Source: Spirochaetia bacterium
GTDB lineage: Bacteria > Spirochaetota > Spirochaetia > CADAEX01
Assembly (NCBI GenBank): GCA_963662265.2
Contig: CAXXHA010000010.1
Span: forward strand, 128,001 to 192,000
DNA: 64,000 bases
Direction: 5' to 3'
Position 1 is the first letter of the stretch; every line of letters starts with the position of its first letter. The notes under the pieces are model-generated. The model did no database searches. It was not told the origin of the DNA and was given only the letters and a program-made list of their open reading frames with translations. This document shows positions 44,678-52,893 of this stretch, in pieces. Position numbers and translations under genes: made by a program.

Positions 44678-44759
44678 ACATAACAGCGAATATGCGGTTT
44701 CGCTTCGCTTTACCCAAACTGGCCTTTGGCCAGCTTCGCATATTCGCGGAACGTTATGA
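44678..44759 (+). repeat. attC-like site 3 (short type, 82 bp)
   Basis: ACATAAC-A-GCGAATATGCG...CGCATATTCGC-GGAAC-GTTATGA, perfect 11-bp stem. Confidence 0.9.
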
Positions 44760-44834
44760 ATAATTCCTGACCAAGAAGAGACCTTTATACTCGCCATCCA
44801 TGGCTCGTGAAGAAATAGAAAATCTTATATTGTA

Positions 44835-45164
44835 TTAAACACTTAGTATTTTATGATCTTCCAGAATATTACCATCCATTTCTAACAACTGCAAAAATCT
44901 AGAAGCTGGTCCTTGAGGTTTGTTTCTACCGGATTCCCAGGCTTCAACCGTTTTTACAGATACACCAAGTGCTTCTGCGAAAATAGTCTGTGATAAATTC
45001 AATGATAACCGGATTTGTTTTATTTTGGATGCATCATATTTTGGAATTGGAGAAATACTGACTTTCCTTCTTTTTACTGAAGGTAATTTACCTTTACTAT
45101 ATTCAAGAGATTCATTGAGTCCGGAGATAATTGAGTTATAATAATTTTTATCATCGTTTTTCAT
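44835..45164 (-). CDS. HigA-like HTH antitoxin
   Basis: IRLSLNLSQTIFAEALGVSVKTVEAWESGRNKP. Confidence 0.9.
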   Translation of the reverse strand: MKNDDKNYYNSIISGLNESLEYSKGKLPSVKRRKVSISPIPKYDASKIKQIRLSLNLSQTIFAEALGVSVKTVEAWESGRNKPQGPASRFLQLLEMDGNILEDHKILSV

Positions 45165-45514
45165 TTCTGCCCTCCGTTCGTACGTAAATTATTCTTAATC
45201 TGATCTATCAAAGACTTAATATTGTTTTTTTCACCTTTCGTAAGACTTTGCTTTTCACTTTTTCTAAAACAGGCAATCATATGAATCTGTTCAAATGATG
45301 CAAAATCAACATATAGTGTTCTTACGCCACCACTTTTACCTTTTCCTGGAACTGACCATCGAAGCTTTCGCAAGCCCCCTGTTCCTTGAATCATTTTTCC
45401 AGCTTCAGGATTCTCACAAAGCAATATCTCAAGATCTTTGAGATCATCATCTGTCAAATTGGCATCTGCCCACTGTTTTTCGAATGTTGGCATATACACA
45501 AATTCTCGTGTCAT
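45161..45514 (-). CDS. RelE/HigB-like toxin
   Basis: NPEAGKMIQGTGGLRKLRW, GKSGGVR; upstream of the antitoxin. Confidence 0.9.
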   Translation of the reverse strand: MTREFVYMPTFEKQWADANLTDDDLKDLEILLCENPEAGKMIQGTGGLRKLRWSVPGKGKSGGVRTLYVDFASFEQIHMIACFRKSEKQSLTKGEKNNIKSLIDQIKNNLRTNGGQK

Positions 45515-45520
45515 GATTAA

Positions 45521-45549
45521 TTATTACACCCTATTCAATAGGGTGTCAA
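45521..45549 (-). promoter_or_regulatory. TA promoter with palindromic operator
   Basis: Minus strand TTGACA-17-TAATAA; the spacer is the palindrome ACACCCTATT-g-AATAGGGTGT. Confidence 0.75.
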
Positions 45550-45659
45550 GAGTTGAAAATACAAATATTCTAACCTTTAGTTATACTTTTACCTTTTACT
45601 GTCTCAAAAGGACTTCCATGTCCTTTTGAGAATGAAATATCTTAATGGTCAGGAACTAT

Positions 45660-45827
45660 ACATAACAGAGAATACCCGGTTCAGGCATAAGCAGTAAAAG
45701 TTCGGGGCTTAACAGCCTTTCACCCAAAATGTCGGAACTTTCTTGTTGCAGGTGGAAACTGGAGGGTATATGATTAATCAAATATCTGAGGCATCCGACA
45801 TCTTCGGGTATTCTCAAAACGTTATGT
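45660..45827 (+). repeat. attC-like site 4 (long type, 168 bp)
   Basis: ACATAAC-A-GAGAATACCCG...CGGGTATTCTC-AAAAC-GTTATGT. Confidence 0.9.
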
Positions 45828-45881
45828 TCAATTTTTGGTCTAAAATATGTTTAAAAGGTAATTATCCAATAAGGAATCATT

Positions 45882-46550
45882 ATGGTAAAAGAAATGTACT
45901 TGGAATTAACAGGCGTCAATGGAAGACAAATTCAAAATACATATTGGTCTAATGTTGATAATCCATCAAAGATTGTCATTTTCTTTTCCGGTTATCGATA
46001 TCCTACTGAAGCCCCATTATTTCATTTTCTAAAAATACATTTTTTATCAAAAAATTGGGCAGTTTTAACTCTAGATTATAGGTATAATGAAGATTCAGTT
46101 TTTTTGAAGTTATCTGACCCTGAACAAATGAATTATTTGAATACTGAAGCTTTACTTATGAAAAAAAAATTAGAAGAAAATCTTAATTTCGAGCAGTATT
46201 GCTTTATTGCGAAATCTCTTGGCACAACCATTCTATATAAAATGTTAGAAAATGATTTTATTTTCATGAAAGATTTAAAGAATCAATTTGTATGGCTTAC
46301 TCCTGCAGAGTCTAATAGGAAGATATCTGATTTTATTTTAAAAAATACAATTTCTTCGATTTATGTGATTGGAGATGATGATCCATATTATGATGAGGAC
46401 ATCATTTCAAAATTAAGAGATAATTCTTCTTGCTTATGTACAATTGTTTCTGATGCAGGGCATATCTTTAATCATAAAGAAAATCTAGACTTAACCATGC
46501 AGAATAATTTTAATGTCATTAGGTATCTAATTGAGAAGATTAATGTTTAA
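45882..46550 (+). CDS. Alpha/beta hydrolase-fold protein (cassette 5)
   Basis: Nucleophile elbow AKSLGT, GDDDP, AGH. Confidence 0.7.
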   Translation: MVKEMYLELTGVNGRQIQNTYWSNVDNPSKIVIFFSGYRYPTEAPLFHFLKIHFLSKNWAVLTLDYRYNEDSVFLKLSDPEQMNYLNTEALLMKKKLEENLNFEQYCFIAKSLGTTILYKMLENDFIFMKDLKNQFVWLTPAESNRKISDFILKNTISSIYVIGDDDPYYDEDIISKLRDNSSCLCTIVSDAGHIFNHKENLDLTMQNNFNVIRYLIEKINV

Positions 46551-46578
46551 GATACAACCAGATGAGACCAAAAACTGA

Positions 46579-46593
46579 ACATAACAGCGAATA
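46579..46593 (+). repeat. attC-like site 5, left arm only (cut by IS3)
   Basis: ACATAACAGCGAATA identical to the start of site 3, immediately followed by the IS end. Confidence 0.8.
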
Positions 46594-46650
46594 TGGCATT
46601 CCCCCAAAACTGTAGACACTTGATATACTTAGAAACTAAGGAGTATTAAA

Positions 46651-46938
46651 GTGCCAAAGAGTCCCTACACAGAAGAATTTAAAGACGAAATATTAAAGCA
46701 AATAATGGAAGAAGAACACAGTGTTCTTGAAGTATCAAAAGCAACAGGAATAAGTGACGTTACTCTTTATAACTGGCTTAGAAAGGCCGGGTGGAAATCC
46801 GGGGAGTCTCGAGAAAAGAAAAAATTAACAGAAGCAGAAAAGGAAAACAGAGAATTAAAAGCAGAGATCAGAAAGCTTAAGATGGAGCGTGATATCTTAA
46901 AAAAGGCCGCAGCGTACTTTGCGAAGGAGTCCCAGTAA
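46651..46938 (+). CDS. IS3 OrfA
   Basis: YTEEFK HTH, ERDILKKAAAYF; A6G slippery site at 46899-46905. Confidence 0.92.
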   Translation: MPKSPYTEEFKDEILKQIMEEEHSVLEVSKATGISDVTLYNWLRKAGWKSGESREKKKLTEAEKENRELKAEIRKLKMERDILKKAAAYFAKESQ

Positions 46939-47795
46939 AGTACGCTTTTATTCGGGACAACAGAAAAGCGTTTCCAATTCGCCCTATGTGCAGGATATTA
47001 AAAGTTAATCCATCAGGATTTTATCGGTGGTTAAAAACACCAGAATCTCCTAGAACAATAGAAAATAAAAAAGTGACAGAACTAATCCGTTTTTACTGGG
47101 AAGAAAGCGGTCAAGTATATGGAAGTCCAAATATACATGAGGATCTAAAAGAAGCAGGTTATAGCTACGGTGTTAATCGGGTTGCTCGTTTGATGAGAGT
47201 AGCTGGAATAAAAGGTGCTTACAGACGGAAACGGCATCATGTACCTTGGGTTCCTGGAGAAATTTACCAGAAGAATACTTTGAATAGAGAATTTTCTGTT
47301 GCTGAGCCAAATCAAGCTTGGTGTACTGATATAACATATATCCGAACTTATGAAGGCTGGTTATATCTGGCAGTAGTAATTGATCTATTTAACAGAGGAG
47401 TTGTTGGCTGGTCGATGAAGAATCATCAGAAAGCAATTATTGTTATGGATGCTTTGTTTATGGCAGTAAAAAGAAGAAGACCTACAAAGTCTGTTCTTAT
47501 CCATTCTGATCAAGGGTGTCAGTTTACAAGTAAGGATTGGGAGGATTTTTGTGAGGCCCACTCTTTGGAAATTAGCATGAGTAGAAGAGGTAATTGTTGG
47601 GATAATTCTGTAGTTGAATCATTCTTTTCAAATCTTAAAAGAGAAAGAATCAGGAATAAAATTTATAAAACCAGAGAGGAGGCAAGAAAAGATATTTTTA
47701 ATTATATTGAAATGTTTTACAATACAAAAAGACGGCATGGTCATTTAGGAAAGCGAAGCCCTGCTGATTTTGAAGATAAGTTTTCATCAGATTAA
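46935..47795 (+). CDS. IS3 OrfB (DDE integrase core; expressed as OrfAB by -1 frameshift)
   Basis: WCTDITYI, HSDQGCQF, GNCWDNSVVESFF; the 5' coordinate is approximate. Confidence 0.92.
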   Translation, partial: VKYAFIRDNRKAFPIRPMCRILKVNPSGFYRWLKTPESPRTIENKKVTELIRFYWEESGQVYGSPNIHEDLKEAGYSYGVNRVARLMRVAGIKGAYRRKRHHVPWVPGEIYQKNTLNREFSVAEPNQAWCTDITYIRTYEGWLYLAVVIDLFNRGVVGWSMKNHQKAIIVMDALFMAVKRRRPTKSVLIHSDQGCQFTSKDWEDFCEAHSLEISMSRRGNCWDNSVVESFFSNLKRERIRNKIYKTREEARKDIFNYIEMFYNTKRRHGHLGKRSPADFEDKFSSD

Positions 47796-47822
47796 AGTGT
47801 CTACAGAATCAGGGGAATGCCA

Positions 47823-47984
47823 GTTGAAAACTTTAGTGCTGTCGATAGGACATACGATGAAGTAATTAAAAAAGGGGCAATATCAATTCTTAAGCCAACA
47901 ACAGAACCTTGGGGACAAAGAACGTGTTATGTGGCAGATCCTGAAGGAAACTTAATTGAAATTGGATCATTTCAGAAAGATTGA
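47823..47984 (+). pseudogene. 3' remnant of a VOC/glyoxalase gene
   Basis: VENFSAVDRTYDEVIKKGA..PTTEPWGQRTCYVADPEGNLIEIG*; starts exactly at the IS3 end. Confidence 0.85.
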
Positions 47985-47997
47985 TAGAGGGGGATAT

Positions 47998-48345
47998 ATG
48001 TCAACTACACCGGATTTTATTGAATTTGTCTTTGATCAGATTGATAATAAATGGAATAAACGATATAGGAAAATGTTTGGAGAATATATGGTTTACGTAA
48101 ATGACAAACCGATATTGCTTGTATGTGATAATATAGTTTATGCAAAAAAATTGGATTGCATAAAGCCATTTATTAAGGAAAAGGAATGTGGATTTCCATA
48201 TAATGGAGCAAAAGAACATTATATAGTTGATGTTGAAGATGATGAACTTTTTAGTAAAATTATCGAGGAGCTTGAAAAAGTAATTAAAGTACCTGTGAAA
48301 AAGAATAAAAGACGAATAAGTAACGTACAGACTGAAAGATATTAG
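47998..48345 (+). CDS. TfoX N-terminal-domain-like protein
   Basis: RYRKMFGEYMVYVNDKPILLVCDN; GAGGGG RBS. Confidence 0.75.
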   Translation: MSTTPDFIEFVFDQIDNKWNKRYRKMFGEYMVYVNDKPILLVCDNIVYAKKLDCIKPFIKEKECGFPYNGAKEHYIVDVEDDELFSKIIEELEKVIKVPVKKNKRRISNVQTERY

Positions 48346-48420
48346 TGAAAATGTGAAGCCAAAAATATCCATGTATTTGGCAGAGGATATAATCAATAAT
48401 TTCTAAAAACAAAAACTGGG

Positions 48421-48502
48421 TTACAACAAGAAATATACGATTCTGCTTCACTCCAACCAAATACGGAGTTGCCACACTTCGCATATTCCTGAAACGTTAC
48501 AG
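48421..48502 (+). repeat. attC-like site 6 (short type)
   Basis: TTACAAC-A-AGAAATATACGA...TCGCATATTCCT-GAAAC-GTTACAG. Confidence 0.8.
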
Positions 48503-48526
48503 GCAACTACATTCTGAGGAGACTTA

Positions 48527-49078
48527 ATGATAAACAGTGAACGACTTACTTTGAGAAACATCGAAGAGAGAGATATTACTTTTCTTGAAGAAATCTTACT
48601 CGATAAGCGTTTAATGAAATTTATACCACTCCCAATTTCGAATCATGATCAGGTTGAATCATTTATGAAATCATTGATTAAAGCCCAATGTTTACAAAAG
48701 AGAAAACAGTATTTTTTAATAATTGAAGCGAATGATTCAAAGCAGCAAATTGGTACGATAACTGGAAAAATTATTAGCGAAGAAATACAAGATGGTATCG
48801 GTATTCTGGGATATACAATTTTGAAAGAATATTGGGGAAATGGATATGCTACTGAAGCAACAAATACTATTATTTCCTTTTTTCTGAATGAATTGAAACT
48901 TCATAGACTCGAAGCATCAAGTGTAGCTGACAACAAATCATCAGAGAATGTGTTAAAAAAAGTAGGAATGAAATATGAAGGGACTAAACGTAAGTCTCTG
49001 AATATTGATGGAATCTGGTATGATGAATTACAATACGGGATTCTCAGAAACGATATTTCTGCGAACTTTGAATTGTAG
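48527..49078 (+). CDS. GNAT acetyltransferase, RimJ/RimL type
   Basis: SERLTLR, YWGNGYATEA, NKSSENVLKKVGM. Confidence 0.9.
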   Translation: MINSERLTLRNIEERDITFLEEILLDKRLMKFIPLPISNHDQVESFMKSLIKAQCLQKRKQYFLIIEANDSKQQIGTITGKIISEEIQDGIGILGYTILKEYWGNGYATEATNTIISFFLNELKLHRLEASSVADNKSSENVLKKVGMKYEGTKRKSLNIDGIWYDELQYGILRNDISANFEL

Positions 49079-49082
49079 CTTC

Positions 49083-49166
49083 CTATAACAGCGCATGTGC
49101 GGTGCTGCATTCGGCTTTACGCAAATTGGCCTTTGACCAACATCGCATATTCGCAATACGTTGTAC
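49083..49166 (+). repeat. attC-like site 7 (short type)
   Basis: CTATAAC-A-GCGCATGTGCG...CGCATATTCGC-AATAC-GTTGTAC. Confidence 0.8.
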
Positions 49167-49289
49167 ATCATATCAAAATATTATCGTCATTAGCGGCGAT
49201 TAAAGGCAAAAAAGATTTTAAAGAGAAAGGCGATGTTTTTGAAGTAAAAGACATTTCCTGGATAGAAAATATCAGAGGAAAAATATTAT

Positions 49290-49829
49290 ATGAAAAGATA
49301 TATTGCCTTGTTGCGGGGAATTAATATAAGTGGAAAAAACAAGATATCCATGTCTGAATTAAAGAATGGATTTACAGAACATGGTTTTACAGAGGTTGTG
49401 ACATATCTTAATAGTGGTAATGTGATCTTTTCATGTATTAATAATAATGAAGCTGTTCTTTCAAATGAAATAAAGTTAATGATAAAAGAAAGATTTGATT
49501 TAAACATACCGGTTTTTGTTGTCTTACAAGAAAAATTAGAAGAACTATTAAATCATGCTCCCGGTTGGTGGGGAAATGATAACAAAGAAATATATGATAA
49601 TCTCATTTTTATGATGCCTCCTTTATCTTATGAGGAGTTTTATGATGTAATCGGCAATCCTAAAGCGGAATATGAAAAAGTGCATAATTACAGCAATGTT
49701 ATTTTCTGGTCATTTATACGGAAAGATTATCAAAAGACAAATTGGTGGTCAGGGACTGCTGGCTCAAACATAAGTGATAAGATTACAATTCGAACAGCTA
49801 ATACAGTAAGAAAGATAGTGAGTATGTGA
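49290..49829 (+). CDS. DUF1697 family protein
   Basis: YIALLRGINISG, TYLNSGNVIF, TIRTANT. Confidence 0.85.
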   Translation: MKRYIALLRGINISGKNKISMSELKNGFTEHGFTEVVTYLNSGNVIFSCINNNEAVLSNEIKLMIKERFDLNIPVFVVLQEKLEELLNHAPGWWGNDNKEIYDNLIFMMPPLSYEEFYDVIGNPKAEYEKVHNYSNVIFWSFIRKDYQKTNWWSGTAGSNISDKITIRTANTVRKIVSM

Positions 49830-49879
49830 TATATAGTAGTGAGGTTAATTAAAATCTCAATATTACTTATGGAGAAAGA

Positions 49880-50028
49880 ATGAGAATTGAAAATGTCAGC
49901 AAAAAAGACTATTCACAGTTAATTGAAATATGGGAAACTTCTGTACGTTCAACTCATGATTTCCTGACTGAAAAGGATATTATATCGTTAAGATCTTTAA
50001 TAATTGATAAATATTTTCCTGCTGTTGA
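49880..50028 (+). pseudogene. Truncated YjaB-like GNAT fused to half an attC
   Basis: IWETSVRSTHDFL N-terminus; the sequence switches to an attC right arm at TTGAC (~50025). Confidence 0.7.
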
Positions 50029-50058
50029 CCAACTTCCCATATTCGTGAAACGTTATAA
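50025..50058 (+). repeat. attC-like site 8, right arm only
   Basis: TTGACCAACTTCCCATATTCGTGAAAC-GTTATAA matches the right arm of site 7. Confidence 0.7.
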
Positions 50059-50095
50059 GCAATTAATAAATTGATTAGTTTAAAGGAGTTCTAAT

Positions 50096-50590
50096 ATGAA
50101 AGCTGCATTAATGATAATTGATATGCAAAAAGAATATTTCACTGGTCTTGCAAAAAAATCAATGACCGAAGCATCCGAGTATATAAATGAAGTTTTAGGG
50201 TATTTCAGAGAACGAAAACTGCCTATTGTTTGGGTTCAGGATATTGATAAAAAATGTGGAGTTGTTCCAGATTCAGAAGGTTTTGAAATTATTGATTTAC
50301 TAGAGAAGCAGAATAATGAAATAAGTATTTTCAAAGAATATGGAAATAGTTTTAATAAAACAGAATGTGGAAATATCCTAAAGAAAGAAAATGTCGATGT
50401 AATTGTAATAACTGGATACTGTGCAGAATATTGTGTTTTATCTACATATCGAGGCGCTCAGGATTTGGATTTTACACCAGTCATACTGAAAAAAGGAATT
50501 GCGAGTGGTGATTATCAGAATCTACAATTTATTGAGAAAATCTGTGATACAATTCCCTATAATATAATCAGCAAGATGATTGGAAAATAA
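50096..50590 (+). CDS. Isochorismatase/cysteine hydrolase family protein
   Basis: IIDMQ, K..NSF, GYCAEYCVLST. Confidence 0.9.
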   Translation: MKAALMIIDMQKEYFTGLAKKSMTEASEYINEVLGYFRERKLPIVWVQDIDKKCGVVPDSEGFEIIDLLEKQNNEISIFKEYGNSFNKTECGNILKKENVDVIVITGYCAEYCVLSTYRGAQDLDFTPVILKKGIASGDYQNLQFIEKICDTIPYNIISKMIGK

Positions 50591-50613
50591 TACTCCCAAG
50601 TACTACTGACTGT

Positions 50614-50706
50614 TCATAACAGGGGCTATTTACTCCGCCAAGTCGGGCTTCGTGCTGCACCATTTTTGGCCTAAGCCAAACATCACATAACCCAAGAACG
50701 TTATTG
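50614..50706 (+). repeat. attC-like site 9
   Basis: TCATAAC-AGGGGCTAT...ATAACCCAAGAAC-GTTATTG. Confidence 0.7.
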
Positions 50707-50741
50707 GCAATATCCCTTAAGATCAACATGTGAGGAAGATA

Positions 50742-51647
50742 ATGAGAATCAAGCTGGAAAAGCATACGACAAGCATATTACAGGCACTCCTCGTGACTTT
50801 TCTCTGGTCTACATCTTTCATTATCATCAAAAAGGGATTGCTCTCAATACCACCTCTGACATTTGCTGGCCTAAGATACTTTTTTGCATCACTTTGCTTG
50901 TTGCCATTTTCATTTATGCCGCAACGTCAATCTGAAATCCGGAAATTGGGTAAAAATAAATGGGGTAAACTGATTATTTTAGGCATGGTATTCTATGTGT
51001 TTACCCAGGGGATACAATTCATAGGTCTATCACTTCTGCCTTCCACAACTGTCAGCTTAATGCTCAATTTTACTCCTGTAATAGTTATGATACTAAGTGT
51101 CGTATTCATTAATGAAAAACCGGTGAAAAGACAAGTCGCGGGAGTATTCATCTTTGTTGCAGGAGCTCTTGTTTATTTTCTACCTTTATCAAATCTCGGG
51201 GCGCAGTTAATAGGATTGATTGTTATGGCCTTTGGCATTATTTCAAATGCAATTTCATCGGTTTTAGGAAGAAATATAAATCGAGATAAAGAAATTACTC
51301 CGTTTACAATTACATTAATTTCGATGTCATTTGGTTCAATGCTTCTCCTGATTACCGGGCTTGTCATTGAAGGAATACCAAGTATACCACTCCGGTCATG
51401 GATATCTCTGATTTGGTTATCAGTTGTAAATACCGCATTTGCATTTACACTTTGGAACCGATCTCTTCGTCACCTTACAGCAATGAAATCAAGTATCATC
51501 AACGGAACAATGTTGATTCAAATCGCTATATTGGCCTGGATTTTTCTAGGAGAGGGCCTCTCCGGGACCAATATCGGCGGCATGATTATTGCATCAATCG
51601 GTGCAATATTAGTCCAGTTGCGGTATAAAGAGAAGGTAAGCAATTAG
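50742..51647 (+). CDS. DMT/EamA family transporter (cassette)
   Basis: LWSTSFIIIK, 10 TM segments, IFLGE. Confidence 0.9.
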   Translation: MRIKLEKHTTSILQALLVTFLWSTSFIIIKKGLLSIPPLTFAGLRYFFASLCLLPFSFMPQRQSEIRKLGKNKWGKLIILGMVFYVFTQGIQFIGLSLLPSTTVSLMLNFTPVIVMILSVVFINEKPVKRQVAGVFIFVAGALVYFLPLSNLGAQLIGLIVMAFGIISNAISSVLGRNINRDKEITPFTITLISMSFGSMLLLITGLVIEGIPSIPLRSWISLIWLSVVNTAFAFTLWNRSLRHLTAMKSSIINGTMLIQIAILAWIFLGEGLSGTNIGGMIIASIGAILVQLRYKEKVSN

Positions 51648-51665
51648 CGGAGACCGGGAGACTAT

Positions 51666-51748
51666 CAAGAACAGTGAATATGTGGTTCAGCATTCAGCAT
51701 CTCCCAAAATGCCGTTGACCAACATCGCATATTTACAAAACATTATAG
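51666..51748 (+). repeat. attC-like site 10, degenerate (GTT changed to ATT)
   Basis: CAAGAAC-A-GTGAATATGTG...CGCATATTTAC-AAAAC-ATTATAG. Confidence 0.7.
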
Positions 51749-51786
51749 TTAATTTTGAATTAAGATTTTAATCAAGGAGTTTTCAT

Positions 51787-52218
51787 TTGAATATTACTAA
51801 AATGACAATAGCTGACTATGACGAAGCATTTAAACTCTGGTCAAATACTGAAGGGATGGGACTACGCTCCCTTGATGACTCACAAAAGGGTATTGATTCT
51901 TTTTTACAGAGAAATCCCAACACAAATTTTGTTTGCAGAAATAACAGTGAATTGATTGGTGTCATTTTATCAGGGCATGATGGTCGAAGAGGTTATATTT
52001 ATCATGCTGCTGTACATCCAAATTACCGGAGAAAGGGAGTTGGAAGAAAACTTGTAAAAGAAGTTATTTCTTCGCTGGACAAAGAGGGAATAAAAAAAGT
52101 CGCATTAGTTGTTTTCTCAAGCAATCAGAAAGGCAATGACTTCTGGGAATCTTTAGGCTTTATAAATAGAAAAGACTTGAATTATAGAAATCTCGCTATT
52201 GATCCTACAAATATTTGA
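51787..52218 (+). CDS. GNAT acetyltransferase (YpeA-like)
   Basis: GHDGRRGYIYHAAVHPNYRRKGVG; TTG start with AGGAG RBS. Confidence 0.88.
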   Translation: MNITKMTIADYDEAFKLWSNTEGMGLRSLDDSQKGIDSFLQRNPNTNFVCRNNSELIGVILSGHDGRRGYIYHAAVHPNYRRKGVGRKLVKEVISSLDKEGIKKVALVVFSSNQKGNDFWESLGFINRKDLNYRNLAIDPTNI

Positions 52219-52243
52219 TAAGCAAACACTTAATTTAAACTTT

Positions 52244-52333
52244 CAAGAACAGACAATATATGATCCGCCCAGCTACGGGCTCGCCAAATCCATTACTTAG
52301 TGCTAGACTTCATATATTTCTTAAACGTTATAT
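52244..52333 (+). repeat. attC-like site 11, degenerate
   Basis: CAAGAAC-AGACAATATATGA...TCATATATTTCTTAAAC-GTTATAT. Confidence 0.7.
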
Positions 52334-52361
52334 CTAATTATATTTTGTAAAGAGAACATAA

Positions 52362-52883
52362 ATGAAACATATAGAAATAAAAGAAATTACTGAAATAGAC
52401 ATCCCTGAAATTGTAGACATTTGGTATGAAGTTTCTCTTCAAGCTCATGGATTTATTTCCAGCGAATATTGGAGAGCGAACAAAGATCAAATGAGTAATA
52501 AATACATACCAATGTCTGAAACATTTCAAGCAACAGATGGTGAAAATATATTAGGATTTATCTCATTATTAGATGATTATCTTGCTGCAATTTTTGTAAA
52601 ATCTGAATTCCAGGGAAGAGGAATTGGATCTTTATTATTAAACCATGCAATGAGTCTTCGCAATAATCTGCAATTAAAAGTATTCTGCAAAAATGCAAAG
52701 AGTATAGAATACTATAAATCAAAAGGTTTTTCTGTAATTTCAGAATCAAAAGATAATGAGACAGGAGAAAATGAGCTTGTCATGAAGTGGCATAAAAAAA
52801 AACTAGACGTAACAAGAAATATGCACAGCCCTACAGGCTTGGCCTTCGCAAATGCAGCGTTGCTTCTCTTTGCATATTTCTGA
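52362..52883 (+). CDS. GNAT acetyltransferase (YiaC-like); ORF reads through attC 12
   Basis: AHGFI, FQGRGIGSLLL; the original stop was probably near 52804 and lost by A-run slippage. Confidence 0.8.
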   Translation: MKHIEIKEITEIDIPEIVDIWYEVSLQAHGFISSEYWRANKDQMSNKYIPMSETFQATDGENILGFISLLDDYLAAIFVKSEFQGRGIGSLLLNHAMSLRNNLQLKVFCKNAKSIEYYKSKGFSVISESKDNETGENELVMKWHKKKLDVTRNMHSPTGLAFANAALLLFAYF

Positions 52884-52893
52884 AACGTTTGGC
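52807..52893 (+). repeat. attC-like site 12 (short type)
   Basis: ACGTAAC-A-AGAAATATGCA...TGCATATTTCT-GAAAC-GTTTGGC, perfect 11-bp stem. Confidence 0.8.

Larger units (their letters stand above)
46594..47822 (+). mobile_element. IS3 family insertion sequence
   Basis: IRs TGGCATTCCCCCAAAACTGTAGACACT / AGTGTCTACAGAATCAGGGGAATGCCA; no flanking TSD. Confidence 0.95.
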
